NCBI GenBank assembly: GCA_050916045.1
Contig: CP051526.1
Coordinates: 1,536,001 to 1,600,000 of the forward strand
Direction of reading: 5' to 3'
Length of the DNA stretch: 64,000 bases
DNA from: Tepidisphaera sp.
GTDB lineage: Bacteria > Planctomycetota > Phycisphaerae > Phycisphaerales > UBA1924
The notes below the pieces were generated by a model. That model made no database searches, had not been told where the DNA came from, and was given only the letters and a program-made list of their open reading frames with translations. A program made the position numbers and the translations under genes. Of this stretch, positions 55,186-64,000 are shown one piece after another. How positions within the stretch are numbered: the stretch's first letter is position 1; each line of letters opens with the position of its first letter.

Positions 55186-57687
55186 ATGGGTGCCTTCGTG
55201 AGCGACACAGAACACGCAAAGCCAGAGCAGGCCGCGACTTCCGAACCCGCAGGGTTGGGTTGGAGCGACGTTTGGCAGCTTCCCACGCTGGTCCTGGGCG
55301 TTGGCGTGCTGGTCGCGGCGATCATGCACGCGATGACGCTGGTCCCGCGGCCGGACGTGAGCGCCCCGCTGGCGCGGGCCGAGGAGCAGGTGGCGGCTTC
55401 GGCGTACGAGGACGCGATCACCACGCTGAACACGGGCGTGTACCCGTTCGTGGGGACCAAGGACATGAACCGCGAGCAGCAGGGCGCCTTCCATCAATTG
55501 ATGGGCCGGGCTTTGTACCTCGGGCAGCGTGGGCTGGGCATCGACCGCGAGGACAACAACACCAACATCAAAGCGTCGTACCTCGAAGCCGAGGCCTACG
55601 GCGTTCAGCTTCTCCCGTCGGACGTGTCGTATCTCGCGGACACCCTGCTTTCGCTCGGCGAGTTTGATCAGGCCCGCAAGCGTGCGGACACGCTGCCGGC
55701 GGATGAGCGGAGCCGGCGTTTGACGCTTTACCGCCGCCTCGTGGATGAAGCGATGAACCCTGATCGCCGGCGCGACGATGCGGCATTCGAGCTGGTTTCG
55801 GGGATGCTGATGGATACTGAGCTGGCGCCGGACGATCGCGCGTGGGCGCTGTCGCGGCAGGCGGAGCTTCAGATCGATCGCGGGTACGCGGAAGATGCGA
55901 TGAACCGACTTCTTCGCGAGCTGCCGCGGCTTGATTCACTCAGCCCGCGCGAGCGAGGGCCGCTCCACCTCCTTCTGGCGAGGGCGTACATCGAGGTGCA
56001 GTCGCTGGATGCGGCGGAGCGTCAGCTGGCTTTGGCGGCGGAGATGATCCAGCCGGGAGACATCCGGATCCAGCAGCTCACGCTTCTGCAGGGGCAGGTG
56101 CTTTCGCTGAAGGGTGACCACGCGGCGGCCCGCGAGCGGTTCCAACTGGTGCTGGACTCGATCCCGACGGCGCGTTGGCGGCTTTGGGGCGAGTACGGCC
56201 TGGCCAAGGCGGCGAGCATCATGGACGACGACGAGGACGCGCTCGCGGCGTACGGCCGTCTGGTCGAGCTCCTGGCCAAGGGCGAGAAGAGCCGCGAGGT
56301 CTCGCCGGTGGTGGTCTCGGAAAGTCTGACGAAGTGCTCCAAGGACCGGTTTGAACACGGGTCGACGGACTTGTCGCTCCGGTACGCGGTGCTTGCAGAG
56401 CGTGTTCTGGGCGAGAGCAGACTGACGGCGGAGACGCTGCTCAGCCTCGCGTCCTCGCACCGGCGCCTCGCGGATGAGATCATCGCGGCGGTGAAAGCCA
56501 AGAGCACCAGCGACGTGGTGCTCGCGGATCTGGACCCGGCGACCCGGGCCCAGGTTCGGAGTCACCTTTCGGCCGCGGCGGGGTACTACCGCAAGCACGC
56601 GGACAAGGTCGTGCTTACGGACGTGCAGCTTTACAGCGACTCGCTGTGGATGTCCGGCGACTGTTACGACCGGGCGGGGGATCAGGAATCGGCGGTGCGG
56701 ATTTTCCAGCTCTACGCGGCGGAGCGCCCCGGCGATCCGCGGCAGCCCGAAGCCCGGTTCCGCCTCGCGCAGGCGTACCAGGTCCGCGGCGACATCGAGA
56801 ACGCGGCGGCGATCTACCGCGATCTGATCCGGTCGCGCGGGGATGCCGAGTCGGGGTCGGGCCCGTGGGCGGATGCGAGCGAAGTGCCTCTTGCGCGGGC
56901 TCTTCTGCTTGACGCGAACACGGAGAATGACGCGGAAGCGGAGCAGATCCTTCGGAGCGTGGTCTCCGGGCAGATCGGCGGGCCGGATTCGGCGTCGTTC
57001 CGCGCCGCGGTGTTTGAGCTCGCGAACTACTACTACCGCAAGAACGACTACGACGCCGCGATCGAACGATTCGAGGAGGCGCTCACGCGCTATCCCGACG
57101 ATTCGCAGGTGACGGCGGCGCGGTTCAAGCTCGGCGATGCGCTGCGGCTTTCCGCGGTCGAGATCGAGCAGACGCTGACGCAGGCGATCCCGCCGGCGGA
57201 GAAGGTGACGCTGGAAGCGACTCGCGTCGACCGCTTGCGTCGCGCGATCGCCCTCTACGAGCAGGTCCGTCGCGAGCTTGACGTCAAGGACCCCAGGCGT
57301 CGCACGGCGGCGGAAGAGACGTATCTTCGGAACTCGTACTTCTACATGGGGGAAGCGGCGTTTCGAATGAAGGACTACGAAGCGGCGATCACGCACTACA
57401 ACGCGGCCAAGGACAGGTACAACCAGGACCCCGCGGCGCTGGTGGCGATGACGCAGATCGTGAGCTGTCACCTTCGGCAGGGTGATCTCAAGCGCGCCCA
57501 GGCCGCGAACGAACGGGCCAAGCGGTTCTACGCGGGGCTTCCGGTCGCGGTGTGGGACGATCCGACGCTGCCGATGACGCGGCAGGACTGGGAGCGGTGG
57601 CTGGATTCGACGTCGAGGCTGTGGGCGGACGCCGGCACCGGGCCGGGTACGCAGAGTGCGGCGGCGACGGACCCGAATTCGCCGTGA
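55186..57687 (+). CDS. Large TPR-repeat protein
   Basis: Many TPRs (EARFRLAQAYQ, FELANYYYRKNDYDAAIERFEEAL..YP). Confidence 0.82.
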   Translation: MGAFVSDTEHAKPEQAATSEPAGLGWSDVWQLPTLVLGVGVLVAAIMHAMTLVPRPDVSAPLARAEEQVAASAYEDAITTLNTGVYPFVGTKDMNREQQGAFHQLMGRALYLGQRGLGIDREDNNTNIKASYLEAEAYGVQLLPSDVSYLADTLLSLGEFDQARKRADTLPADERSRRLTLYRRLVDEAMNPDRRRDDAAFELVSGMLMDTELAPDDRAWALSRQAELQIDRGYAEDAMNRLLRELPRLDSLSPRERGPLHLLLARAYIEVQSLDAAERQLALAAEMIQPGDIRIQQLTLLQGQVLSLKGDHAAARERFQLVLDSIPTARWRLWGEYGLAKAASIMDDDEDALAAYGRLVELLAKGEKSREVSPVVVSESLTKCSKDRFEHGSTDLSLRYAVLAERVLGESRLTAETLLSLASSHRRLADEIIAAVKAKSTSDVVLADLDPATRAQVRSHLSAAAGYYRKHADKVVLTDVQLYSDSLWMSGDCYDRAGDQESAVRIFQLYAAERPGDPRQPEARFRLAQAYQVRGDIENAAAIYRDLIRSRGDAESGSGPWADASEVPLARALLLDANTENDAEAEQILRSVVSGQIGGPDSASFRAAVFELANYYYRKNDYDAAIERFEEALTRYPDDSQVTAARFKLGDALRLSAVEIEQTLTQAIPPAEKVTLEATRVDRLRRAIALYEQVRRELDVKDPRRRTAAEETYLRNSYFYMGEAAFRMKDYEAAITHYNAAKDRYNQDPAALVAMTQIVSCHLRQGDLKRAQAANERAKRFYAGLPVAVWDDPTLPMTRQDWERWLDSTSRLWADAGTGPGTQSAAATDPNSP

Positions 57688-57739
57688 ATGGATGAACGAA
57701 CGACCCGGGCGGGACGCCCGGCTGGACAGGAGGTCATGG

Positions 57740-58186
57740 ATGACCACGAACGCGTCGACAACCCTGGACACCTTGGTGCGCGAGCAGGCGACGATCCTGC
57801 TTGACCTTTCGACCCTTTCCGAGCGTCAGGCCGAAGCGATCGCGAGCCGCGACGCGGACCGGCTGGACGATGTGCTTGACCGGCGGCAGACGCTGATCAC
57901 GCGGCTGGGCGAGGTGGCGGGTGAGCTTGCGGATCGGTCGAACGAACTCGAAAGACTGACGGCGCGGGGTGATGGGCTTGCGGAGCGTGCGGCCCGCGAT
58001 CTCGCGGAAGCGTCGCGGCTTTGGTCGCAGCTTGCGGCCCGCGATGCGGATGATCTCGCCGATCTTCGCCGTCAGCGGGATGATCTGGCCCGCGAGCTTG
58101 CGGCGGTGGGGAAGACCGAGCGGGCCAAAGGGGCGTACGGCGCGCCCGCTTCGGGCGGGGCCCTCTTTCAGGACTTCCAGGCATGA
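57740..58186 (+). CDS. FlgN-like flagellar export chaperone
   Basis: Helical protein with C-terminal GAYG; flagellar context. Confidence 0.6.
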   Translation: MTTNASTTLDTLVREQATILLDLSTLSERQAEAIASRDADRLDDVLDRRQTLITRLGEVAGELADRSNELERLTARGDGLAERAARDLAEASRLWSQLAARDADDLADLRRQRDDLARELAAVGKTERAKGAYGAPASGGALFQDFQA

Positions 58187-59133
58187 GCACCACGACGCAG
58201 ATGAGCCCGGCGGATCTGGCCGACCTGATGTCGGCGTTCAACGACGTGACGTCGAAGCTGAACGCGACGCACGAGGCGCTGCGGGCCGAGGTCGCCCGGC
58301 TTTCACGCGAGCTTTCGGAAGCGAACCAGCAGCTTGAGCGGTCGCGTCGGCTTGCGGCTTTGGGGGAGATGGCGGCGGGGATCGCGCACGAGGTGCGGAA
58401 CCCTCTGGGAGCGATCCGGCTTTACGCCCGGATGCTGACGGAGGATCTGGCGGGGCAGGCCAAGCCTCAGGAACTTGCGGCGAAGATCGCGCGATCGGCG
58501 AGCGGCCTTGACCGCGTGGTGGGGGATGTGCTCACGTTCTCGCGCGAGTTCCGGGCGGCGCGTGAGGAGATCACGGCGGGGGATCTGTTCGACGCGGTGC
58601 TTGAGAGCGTCTGTCACGACGGCACGCCGGGCTGGCGGAACGTGACGTTCCGGCGCGAGGGCGATGAGGTCGAGCTGATGGGCGACTCGGATCTCCTGCG
58701 TCAGGCGATGGTGAACCTGGTGCGGAATGCAGTGGAAGCGGCGCAGGAGGGCAAGGGCGCTCCCGTGGTGACGCTTTCGGCCGAACGGACGCGAGCGCGG
58801 GGCAAGAAGCCCGCGGAAGCGGTGCTTCGGGTGGTGGACACGGGGCCGGGAATCCCGACGGATGTTCTGGCACGGATGTTTAATCCCTTTTTCACGACGC
58901 GGGCCGCTGGCACAGGTTTGGGCCTCGCGATCGTGCACAGAATTGTGGATGCGCACGGTGGCCGCGTGGTGGCTGGCTCCGCGAGCGGAGCAGGTCAACA
59001 ATCCGGAGCGTCGTTCACAATTCATCTCCCCCTCATGGATGAGGGTGAGCGTTCGACGGAGTCCGAGGTTCATCTCGGCCAGACGGTCAAGTTTCCAATT
59101 CGATCGGTTTGCAAGGATGCGGAGGTAGCCTGA
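58183..59133 (+). CDS. Cytoplasmic sensor histidine kinase (FleS/FlrB-like)
   Basis: GEMAAGIAHEVRNPL, NLVRNA, DTGPGI, PFFTT, GTGLGL. Confidence 0.92.
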   Translation: MSTTTQMSPADLADLMSAFNDVTSKLNATHEALRAEVARLSRELSEANQQLERSRRLAALGEMAAGIAHEVRNPLGAIRLYARMLTEDLAGQAKPQELAAKIARSASGLDRVVGDVLTFSREFRAAREEITAGDLFDAVLESVCHDGTPGWRNVTFRREGDEVELMGDSDLLRQAMVNLVRNAVEAAQEGKGAPVVTLSAERTRARGKKPAEAVLRVVDTGPGIPTDVLARMFNPFFTTRAAGTGLGLAIVHRIVDAHGGRVVAGSASGAGQQSGASFTIHLPLMDEGERSTESEVHLGQTVKFPIRSVCKDAEVA

Positions 59134-59134
59134 G

Positions 59135-60589
59135 ATGAGCATGATTCTCGTGGTGGACGATAAGGAAAGCCTGCGCGACAGCGTGGGCGGCACGCTGGAA
59201 CGGGCCGGGTTCGAGGTGGTGCTCGCGGCGGACGGCGCCGCGGCCCTCGCGATGATCGCCAAGCAGCGGCCGGATTGCGTCGTCAGCGACCTGAAGATGC
59301 CGGGGATGACCGGGCTTGAGCTTCTCGAGAAGATCCGCGCGATCGACGAGGACCTCCCGCTTGTTCTGATGACCGCGTTCGCGAGCATCCAGACGGCGGT
59401 TGAAGCGATCCGTCTTGGTGCGTTCAACTACCTGCAGAAGCCGTTCGAGGGCGATGAGCTGATCATCAACGTCAAGCGGGCGATCGAGCACGCGGGCCTC
59501 AAGAAGGAGAACGCGATGCTCCGCGCCGGGATGGAACCGGCGGCGGCCGTCGTCCCGGCTCCGGCCGGCGAGACGTTGTCCGAGCGTCGCGGGGTCGAAC
59601 GCCTGATCGGCGATTCGGCCGGGATGCAGCTTCTCAAGGCCGAGATCAAGTCCGTCGCGGCGAGCCAGGGCACGGTGCTGATCACCGGCGAGAGCGGCGC
59701 GGGCAAGGAAGTGATCGCGCGGTCGATCCACGAAGAGAGTTCGCGGGCGGGCAAGCCGTTCCTTGCGGTGAACTGCGCGGCGCTGTCGGAGACCGTGCTT
59801 GAAAGCGAGCTTTTCGGCCACGAACGCGGGGCGTTCACCGGCGCGGACAAGCTCCGCAAGGGCCGTTTCGAGCTTGCCGACGGCGGAACGCTGCTTCTGG
59901 ATGAGATTTCGGAAGTGAGCCCGAAGATCCAGGCGAAGCTGCTCCGCGTGCTTCAGGAGCGTCAGTTCGAGCGGGTGGGTTCGAGCACGTCGATCGGGGT
60001 GGATGTCCGGGTGATCGCGACGAGCAACCGGGTGCTTCTGAAGGAAGTGACGGCGGGAACGTTCCGGCAGGATCTGTACTACCGGTTGAACGTGCTTCCG
60101 GTCGCGGCGCCGTCGCTTCGGGCGCGGCTTGAGGACGTGCCGGCGCTGGCGACGCACTTTGTGGCGGAGATCTGCCGTCGCGAGGGTCGCGGGCCGATGC
60201 GGCTTGAGCCGGCGGCGCTGGACCTGCTGCGGGAGTACACGTGGCCGGGGAACGTGCGCGAGCTTCAGAACATCTGCGAGCGGGCGGTCGTGCTTTCGGC
60301 GGGTCGTCAATCGACGACGATCCCGCGCGGGCTGATCGAGCCGTGGCTGCGTCCGGCGGGCGAGCCTCAGGTGACGCTCGCGGGCTCGATCATCGAAGCC
60401 AAGCCGGGGTTCGGCGAGGGCCAGGTGCGCACGCTTGAGGACATCGAGCGCGAGACGATCGTCGCGACGCTGACGCGGTTCTCGGGGCATCGCCAGAAGA
60501 CGGCGACGGCTTTGGGGATCGGCGTGCGGACGCTGGGCCTCAAGCTCAAGAAGTGGAAGGAAGATCGGCTGATCCCCGAAGCGCTCTGA
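59135..60589 (+). CDS. Sigma54-dependent response regulator (FleR/FlrC/NtrC family)
   Basis: Receiver DLKMP, GESGAGKE, ESELFGHERGAFTGA, WPGNVREL, Fis-type HTH. Confidence 0.95.
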   Translation: MSMILVVDDKESLRDSVGGTLERAGFEVVLAADGAAALAMIAKQRPDCVVSDLKMPGMTGLELLEKIRAIDEDLPLVLMTAFASIQTAVEAIRLGAFNYLQKPFEGDELIINVKRAIEHAGLKKENAMLRAGMEPAAAVVPAPAGETLSERRGVERLIGDSAGMQLLKAEIKSVAASQGTVLITGESGAGKEVIARSIHEESSRAGKPFLAVNCAALSETVLESELFGHERGAFTGADKLRKGRFELADGGTLLLDEISEVSPKIQAKLLRVLQERQFERVGSSTSIGVDVRVIATSNRVLLKEVTAGTFRQDLYYRLNVLPVAAPSLRARLEDVPALATHFVAEICRREGRGPMRLEPAALDLLREYTWPGNVRELQNICERAVVLSAGRQSTTIPRGLIEPWLRPAGEPQVTLAGSIIEAKPGFGEGQVRTLEDIERETIVATLTRFSGHRQKTATALGIGVRTLGLKLKKWKEDRLIPEAL

Positions 60590-60615
60590 TCCCGAGGGAC
60601 TCATCGTCCGGGTGG

Positions 60616-60631
60616 TGGCAGGCGACTTGCG
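60616..60631 (+). promoter_or_regulatory. Sigma54 -24/-12 promoter upstream of flgB
   Basis: TGGCAGGCGACTTGCG (GG-N10-GC). Confidence 0.7.
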
Positions 60632-60642
60632 AAGGAGCAGGC

Positions 60643-61077
60643 ATGGGTCTGGCTGGACTGACAGACTGGGGTCCGACGGCGGCACTGGAAGCGATGGCTC
60701 GCTTTGCGGGCGGTCGGCACCGGCTGATCTCGCACAACATCGCGAACCTGTCGACGCCGGGTTTCAACCAGGTGGACGTTTCGCCGGTGGCTTTCCAGCG
60801 CAAGCTGGGTGAGGCGCTCGATGAGCGTCGGGCCACGGGGGATTCCAAGCCGCTTTCCCTCGAATCCGGGGGGGAGGTTGAGATCGGGGCGGACGGAACG
60901 ATGACGCTGAACCCGCAGACCCCGATCGGGGGTGTGCTGGGGCACGACCGGAACAACCGTGATCTTGAACGTTTGATGCAGGATCAAGCCGAAAACCTGC
61001 TTGTCTTTCGGACCTCGATGGACCTCCTGCGGAGCAGGGCGGAGATGATGCGGTCGGCGCTGGGTCAGCGTGTCTGA
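60643..61077 (+). CDS. flgB: Flagellar basal-body rod protein FlgB
   Basis: LISHNIANLSTPGF, DRNNRDLE. Confidence 0.9.
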   Translation: MGLAGLTDWGPTAALEAMARFAGGRHRLISHNIANLSTPGFNQVDVSPVAFQRKLGEALDERRATGDSKPLSLESGGEVEIGADGTMTLNPQTPIGGVLGHDRNNRDLERLMQDQAENLLVFRTSMDLLRSRAEMMRSALGQRV

Positions 61078-61101
61078 TCCGGGCCGGGTTTGAGCGAAGT
61101 C

Positions 61102-61117
61102 TGGCATCTGGATTGCG
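61102..61117 (+). promoter_or_regulatory. Sigma54 -24/-12 promoter upstream of flgC
   Basis: TGGCATCTGGATTGCG (GG-N10-GC). Confidence 0.65.
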
Positions 61118-61131
61118 GAGCGATCTGAAGC

Positions 61132-61548
61132 ATGTACGGAGCACTCGATATTTCGGTCAGCGGCATGATCGCCCAGCGGACACGCTTGAACGTGATCCAG
61201 GCGAACATCGCCAACGCGAACTCTCTGGAGGATTCAGAGGGGAATTTCGCTCCGTACCTGCGTCGGGCGGCCATGTTCAAAGCGGGGGATCCCGCGGCCA
61301 AGACGGAGTCTGGCCGGGACATGGGCGTGCACGTGGCGGAGATCGAGATCAACCCGGACTCGCTCGTATCGAGATATGACCCGGGGAACCCTTACGCGAA
61401 CAGCGAGGGGCACGTGATGGTGCCGGACATCAATCCGGTGGTGGAACAGATCAACGCGATGGAGGCGTCGCGTGCTTATGAGGCGAACGTCGTGGCGGCG
61501 GAGACCACCAAGGCGATGATGAACGCGGCATTGAGGCTTCTGGGCTGA
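61132..61548 (+). CDS. flgC: Flagellar basal-body rod protein FlgC
   Basis: SGMIAQRTRLNVIQANIANA, YDPGNP, ASRAYEAN. Confidence 0.95.
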   Translation: MYGALDISVSGMIAQRTRLNVIQANIANANSLEDSEGNFAPYLRRAAMFKAGDPAAKTESGRDMGVHVAEIEINPDSLVSRYDPGNPYANSEGHVMVPDINPVVEQINAMEASRAYEANVVAAETTKAMMNAALRLLG

Positions 61549-61577
61549 GTGCGGGCCTATGCCGCGAGGAATGAACT

Positions 61578-61880
61578 ATGAGTGATCCGCTTGGACTCAT
61601 CAGGAATGTCGGATCGGGCTCGATGCCCCTGGCGGGCGGGGTTCGCCCCAGCGCGGGGGGAGCCTCGTTCAAGGACGTGCTGCTCAAGAACCTCGACGAG
61701 GTGAACAAGTTGCAGCAGGACGCGAGCAGTGCGGCGGAGGATCTGGCCGCGGGCCGGCGTGACGATGTCGAGGGCGTGATGTTCGCGACATCCAAAGCCG
61801 ACACGGCGTTCAAGGCTCTTCAGGCCGTGCGCAACCGTGTGATGGAGGCGTACGACGAGATCAAGCAGATGAGGGTCTAA
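61578..61880 (+). CDS. fliE: Flagellar hook-basal body protein FliE
   Basis: SFKDVL, VRNRVMEAYDEIKQMRV. Confidence 0.93.
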   Translation: MSDPLGLIRNVGSGSMPLAGGVRPSAGGASFKDVLLKNLDEVNKLQQDASSAAEDLAAGRRDDVEGVMFATSKADTAFKALQAVRNRVMEAYDEIKQMRV

Positions 61881-62144
61881 ACCCTCTTGCGGACGGTCCC
61901 AACGCAGCGGCGCGGGTGCGAGCACCCGTGCCGTTGTTCGTTTTGGCGGGTGCCGGCGGGGGGGGTGGTTGGGGCGTGGGCGCGACTTTTCGGACCTTGC
62001 GGGGCTTGGTGATCGGACGGGCCCGGGGTGGGTTCGAATTGAATGGTGGTGGGGTCCGGGGACCGAAGTTGGTGCGGTGTTGCGCGGAGGCGCAACTTTG
62101 GACGCGCAAGGATCGCGCGGACAAGAGACTCGGCAGGAGGCCGC

Positions 62145-63851
62145 ATGGACGCGATTCGGCGATCACTTGAAACGATCAAAAAGCAACTCGGGAGGCTTGG
62201 CCCGACCGAGCGGGTGCTGATCGGCAGCTTCATGGTGATCCTGGTGATGGGGCTTTTCCTCGTCAGCCAGTACTCCGGCAGGTCGACGCTTGTCCCCTTG
62301 CTGCCCGGGCTGCCGACGGCGGACCAGCAGCGGGCCCAGACGTTCCTGTCCACCAACGGCATCACGACGGAGAACAAAGCCGGCCAGGTCATGGTCCCCG
62401 CGGACCAGAAGGACAAGGCCATGGCTCTGCTCACCCAGAACAAGCAGCTCCCCGCGGACACGAGCGGATTCTTCCAGACCGTGCTCGCCTCGCAGAGCTG
62501 GAGCAACACGCGTCAGCAGAACGAGCAGATCTACAACGCGGCCCTCAAAGCCGAGCTTGACAAGATCATCGGGACCATGCCGGGGATCAAGAGCGCGAGC
62601 GTGCTGTTTGATGTGCCGGACGCTTCGGGGCTGGGTTCGTCGGTGCGTCGTCCGACGGCGAGCGTCGCGGTCTTCACCGAGACGGGCGCTCCGCTTGAAC
62701 AGCGCACGGTCGACGCCATCGCGTACCTCGTCGGCGGGGCGAAAGCGGGCCTGGGGCCGGACCGCGTCCGTGTGATCGACGGCAGCGGCCGCCAGCGCAA
62801 GCCTACCAGCGAAAGCGACGTCATTCCCACGACGTACATCGAGCACGCCGGCCGAATCGAGAACGAGACCCAGCGGAAGATCAGCGACCTCCTCGCGCAC
62901 ATCCCCGGCGTCGTCGTCACCGTCACCGCCCAGGTCGACGTCACACGCGTCACCAGCACCGAGCAGCGCTTCCTTCCCATCGGCGAGGGGAGCGTCTCGG
63001 CGCCCAAGCGGTCCGCCGAGACCACCAGCAAGCAGACCGAGGGCGCCAAGGGCGCCGAGCCGGGCGTTCGCTCGAACCAGCCCGCCGACATCAACCGCGG
63101 CAACACCAACCGCTCGTCCAGCAACGAGAACGAGCAGACGGACAAGCAGCTTGACAACCACGTCGGCTCGCGCACGGCCGAGACGGTCGATCCGCGCGGG
63201 ATGCCCACGATGGTCGCGGTCAGCGTGAACGTGCCCCGCGGGTTCATCGTCGCGATGCTCAAGGGCGCCGATCCCAACGCGGCCGCGCCCGATGAAGCCG
63301 CGATCACCGCCGCGTTCGCGAAGATTCAGCCGCAGATCAAGGAGAGCATCCTTCCGCACGTTCGCACGATGACGCAGGCGGCGTCGGGCGCCGCTCCCGT
63401 CGCGGTCGACGGCCAGGTCGTGGTGAGCCTGATCCCCGTCGATACGCTGCTTTCGATCGGCGTGCCCGGCCAGCAGGCGGGTCTGCTTGGTGGCTTGGGC
63501 GGGTCGGGCGGCGTGCTGATGGGCATGACGCTGCCGCAACTGATCGACAAGGCTGTCCTGGGTCTGCTGGGCCTGGGAGCGCTCGGGTTCATGTTCGCGA
63601 TCGTGAAGAAAGCCGGCAAGAAGCAGGATCTTCCCACAGCTGAGGAGCTGGTCGGCCTGCCGCCCGCTCTCGAGACGGCGTCGGACCTCATCGGCGAAGC
63701 GGATGAATCCGACACGCCGATGGCGGGCATCGAGCTTGAAGAAGGTGAAGTTCGCACGAGCATGCTCCTCGAGCAGGTCTCGGAGATGGTGAAGAAGGAT
63801 CCGGAAGCCACGGCCAAGCTCCTCAAGCAGTGGATCAACGTCGAGGAGTAA
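62145..63851 (+). CDS. fliF: Flagellar M-ring protein FliF
   Basis: TM segment, ALKAELDKII, PTASVAV, VRVIDGSG, GAEPGVRSN, DPEATAKLLKQW. Confidence 0.9.
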   Translation: MDAIRRSLETIKKQLGRLGPTERVLIGSFMVILVMGLFLVSQYSGRSTLVPLLPGLPTADQQRAQTFLSTNGITTENKAGQVMVPADQKDKAMALLTQNKQLPADTSGFFQTVLASQSWSNTRQQNEQIYNAALKAELDKIIGTMPGIKSASVLFDVPDASGLGSSVRRPTASVAVFTETGAPLEQRTVDAIAYLVGGAKAGLGPDRVRVIDGSGRQRKPTSESDVIPTTYIEHAGRIENETQRKISDLLAHIPGVVVTVTAQVDVTRVTSTEQRFLPIGEGSVSAPKRSAETTSKQTEGAKGAEPGVRSNQPADINRGNTNRSSSNENEQTDKQLDNHVGSRTAETVDPRGMPTMVAVSVNVPRGFIVAMLKGADPNAAAPDEAAITAAFAKIQPQIKESILPHVRTMTQAASGAAPVAVDGQVVVSLIPVDTLLSIGVPGQQAGLLGGLGGSGGVLMGMTLPQLIDKAVLGLLGLGALGFMFAIVKKAGKKQDLPTAEELVGLPPALETASDLIGEADESDTPMAGIELEEGEVRTSMLLEQVSEMVKKDPEATAKLLKQWINVEE

Positions 63852-63901
63852 GCAGCCGACGGGGACGTCCCGAGCAGGTTGATTCGGTCTGGAGATGAAT
63901 G

Positions 63902-64000
63902 ATGGCACGCAAGCCCAACGAAAAACTGCCCGACAAGCCCGAGGAACTGGAAGGGATGAGCAAAGCGGCCATCCTCCTGCTCTCGGTCGGTTCCGAGCAT
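63902..64000 (+). CDS. fliG: Flagellar motor switch protein FliG, N-terminal fragment
   Basis: MARKPNEK...GMSKAAILLLSVG, directly after fliF. Confidence 0.8.
   Translation, partial: MARKPNEKLPDKPEELEGMSKAAILLLSVGSEH

Overview
High-GC bacterial chromosome segment. The gene content points to a planctomycete of the Phycisphaerae/Phycisphaerales type (inference): an ECF sigma factor next to a Ser/Thr kinase, a GC-terminal dockerin-like anchor, a giant SecA and planctomycete-style hypothetical proteins. Most of the window is core genome: tRNA-Pro(GGG), pyrC, clpX, def, kdsB, msrA, a truncated atp operon (atpZ/I-B-E-F-H followed by pgk), mutL, secA, a pilT-pilC-pilin cluster, a GH2 glycosidase, a UbiA prenyltransferase, tlyA, lpxI and the start of a sigma54-controlled flagellar operon. 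The most unusual part is a compact phage-derived cassette at about 40.6-45.1 kb. It holds a degenerate CI/XRE repressor divergent from an operon of a double sigma4-like HTH protein, an ABC ATPase, a Mom-like GNAT and an intact large terminase. No portal, capsid, tail or integrase gene is visible, so it is a candidate domesticated DNA-packaging/modification (GTA-like) module. Other highlights are an almost uncharged 317-aa F/G/N/T/P prion-like protein ending in -LAA, a candidate arrest-peptide uORF upstream of secA, a compositionally mosaic GH2 fusion, and many TAnnnT boxes 5-8 nt before start codons that suggest leaderless transcripts. All calls come from reading motifs by eye; no database searches were run.
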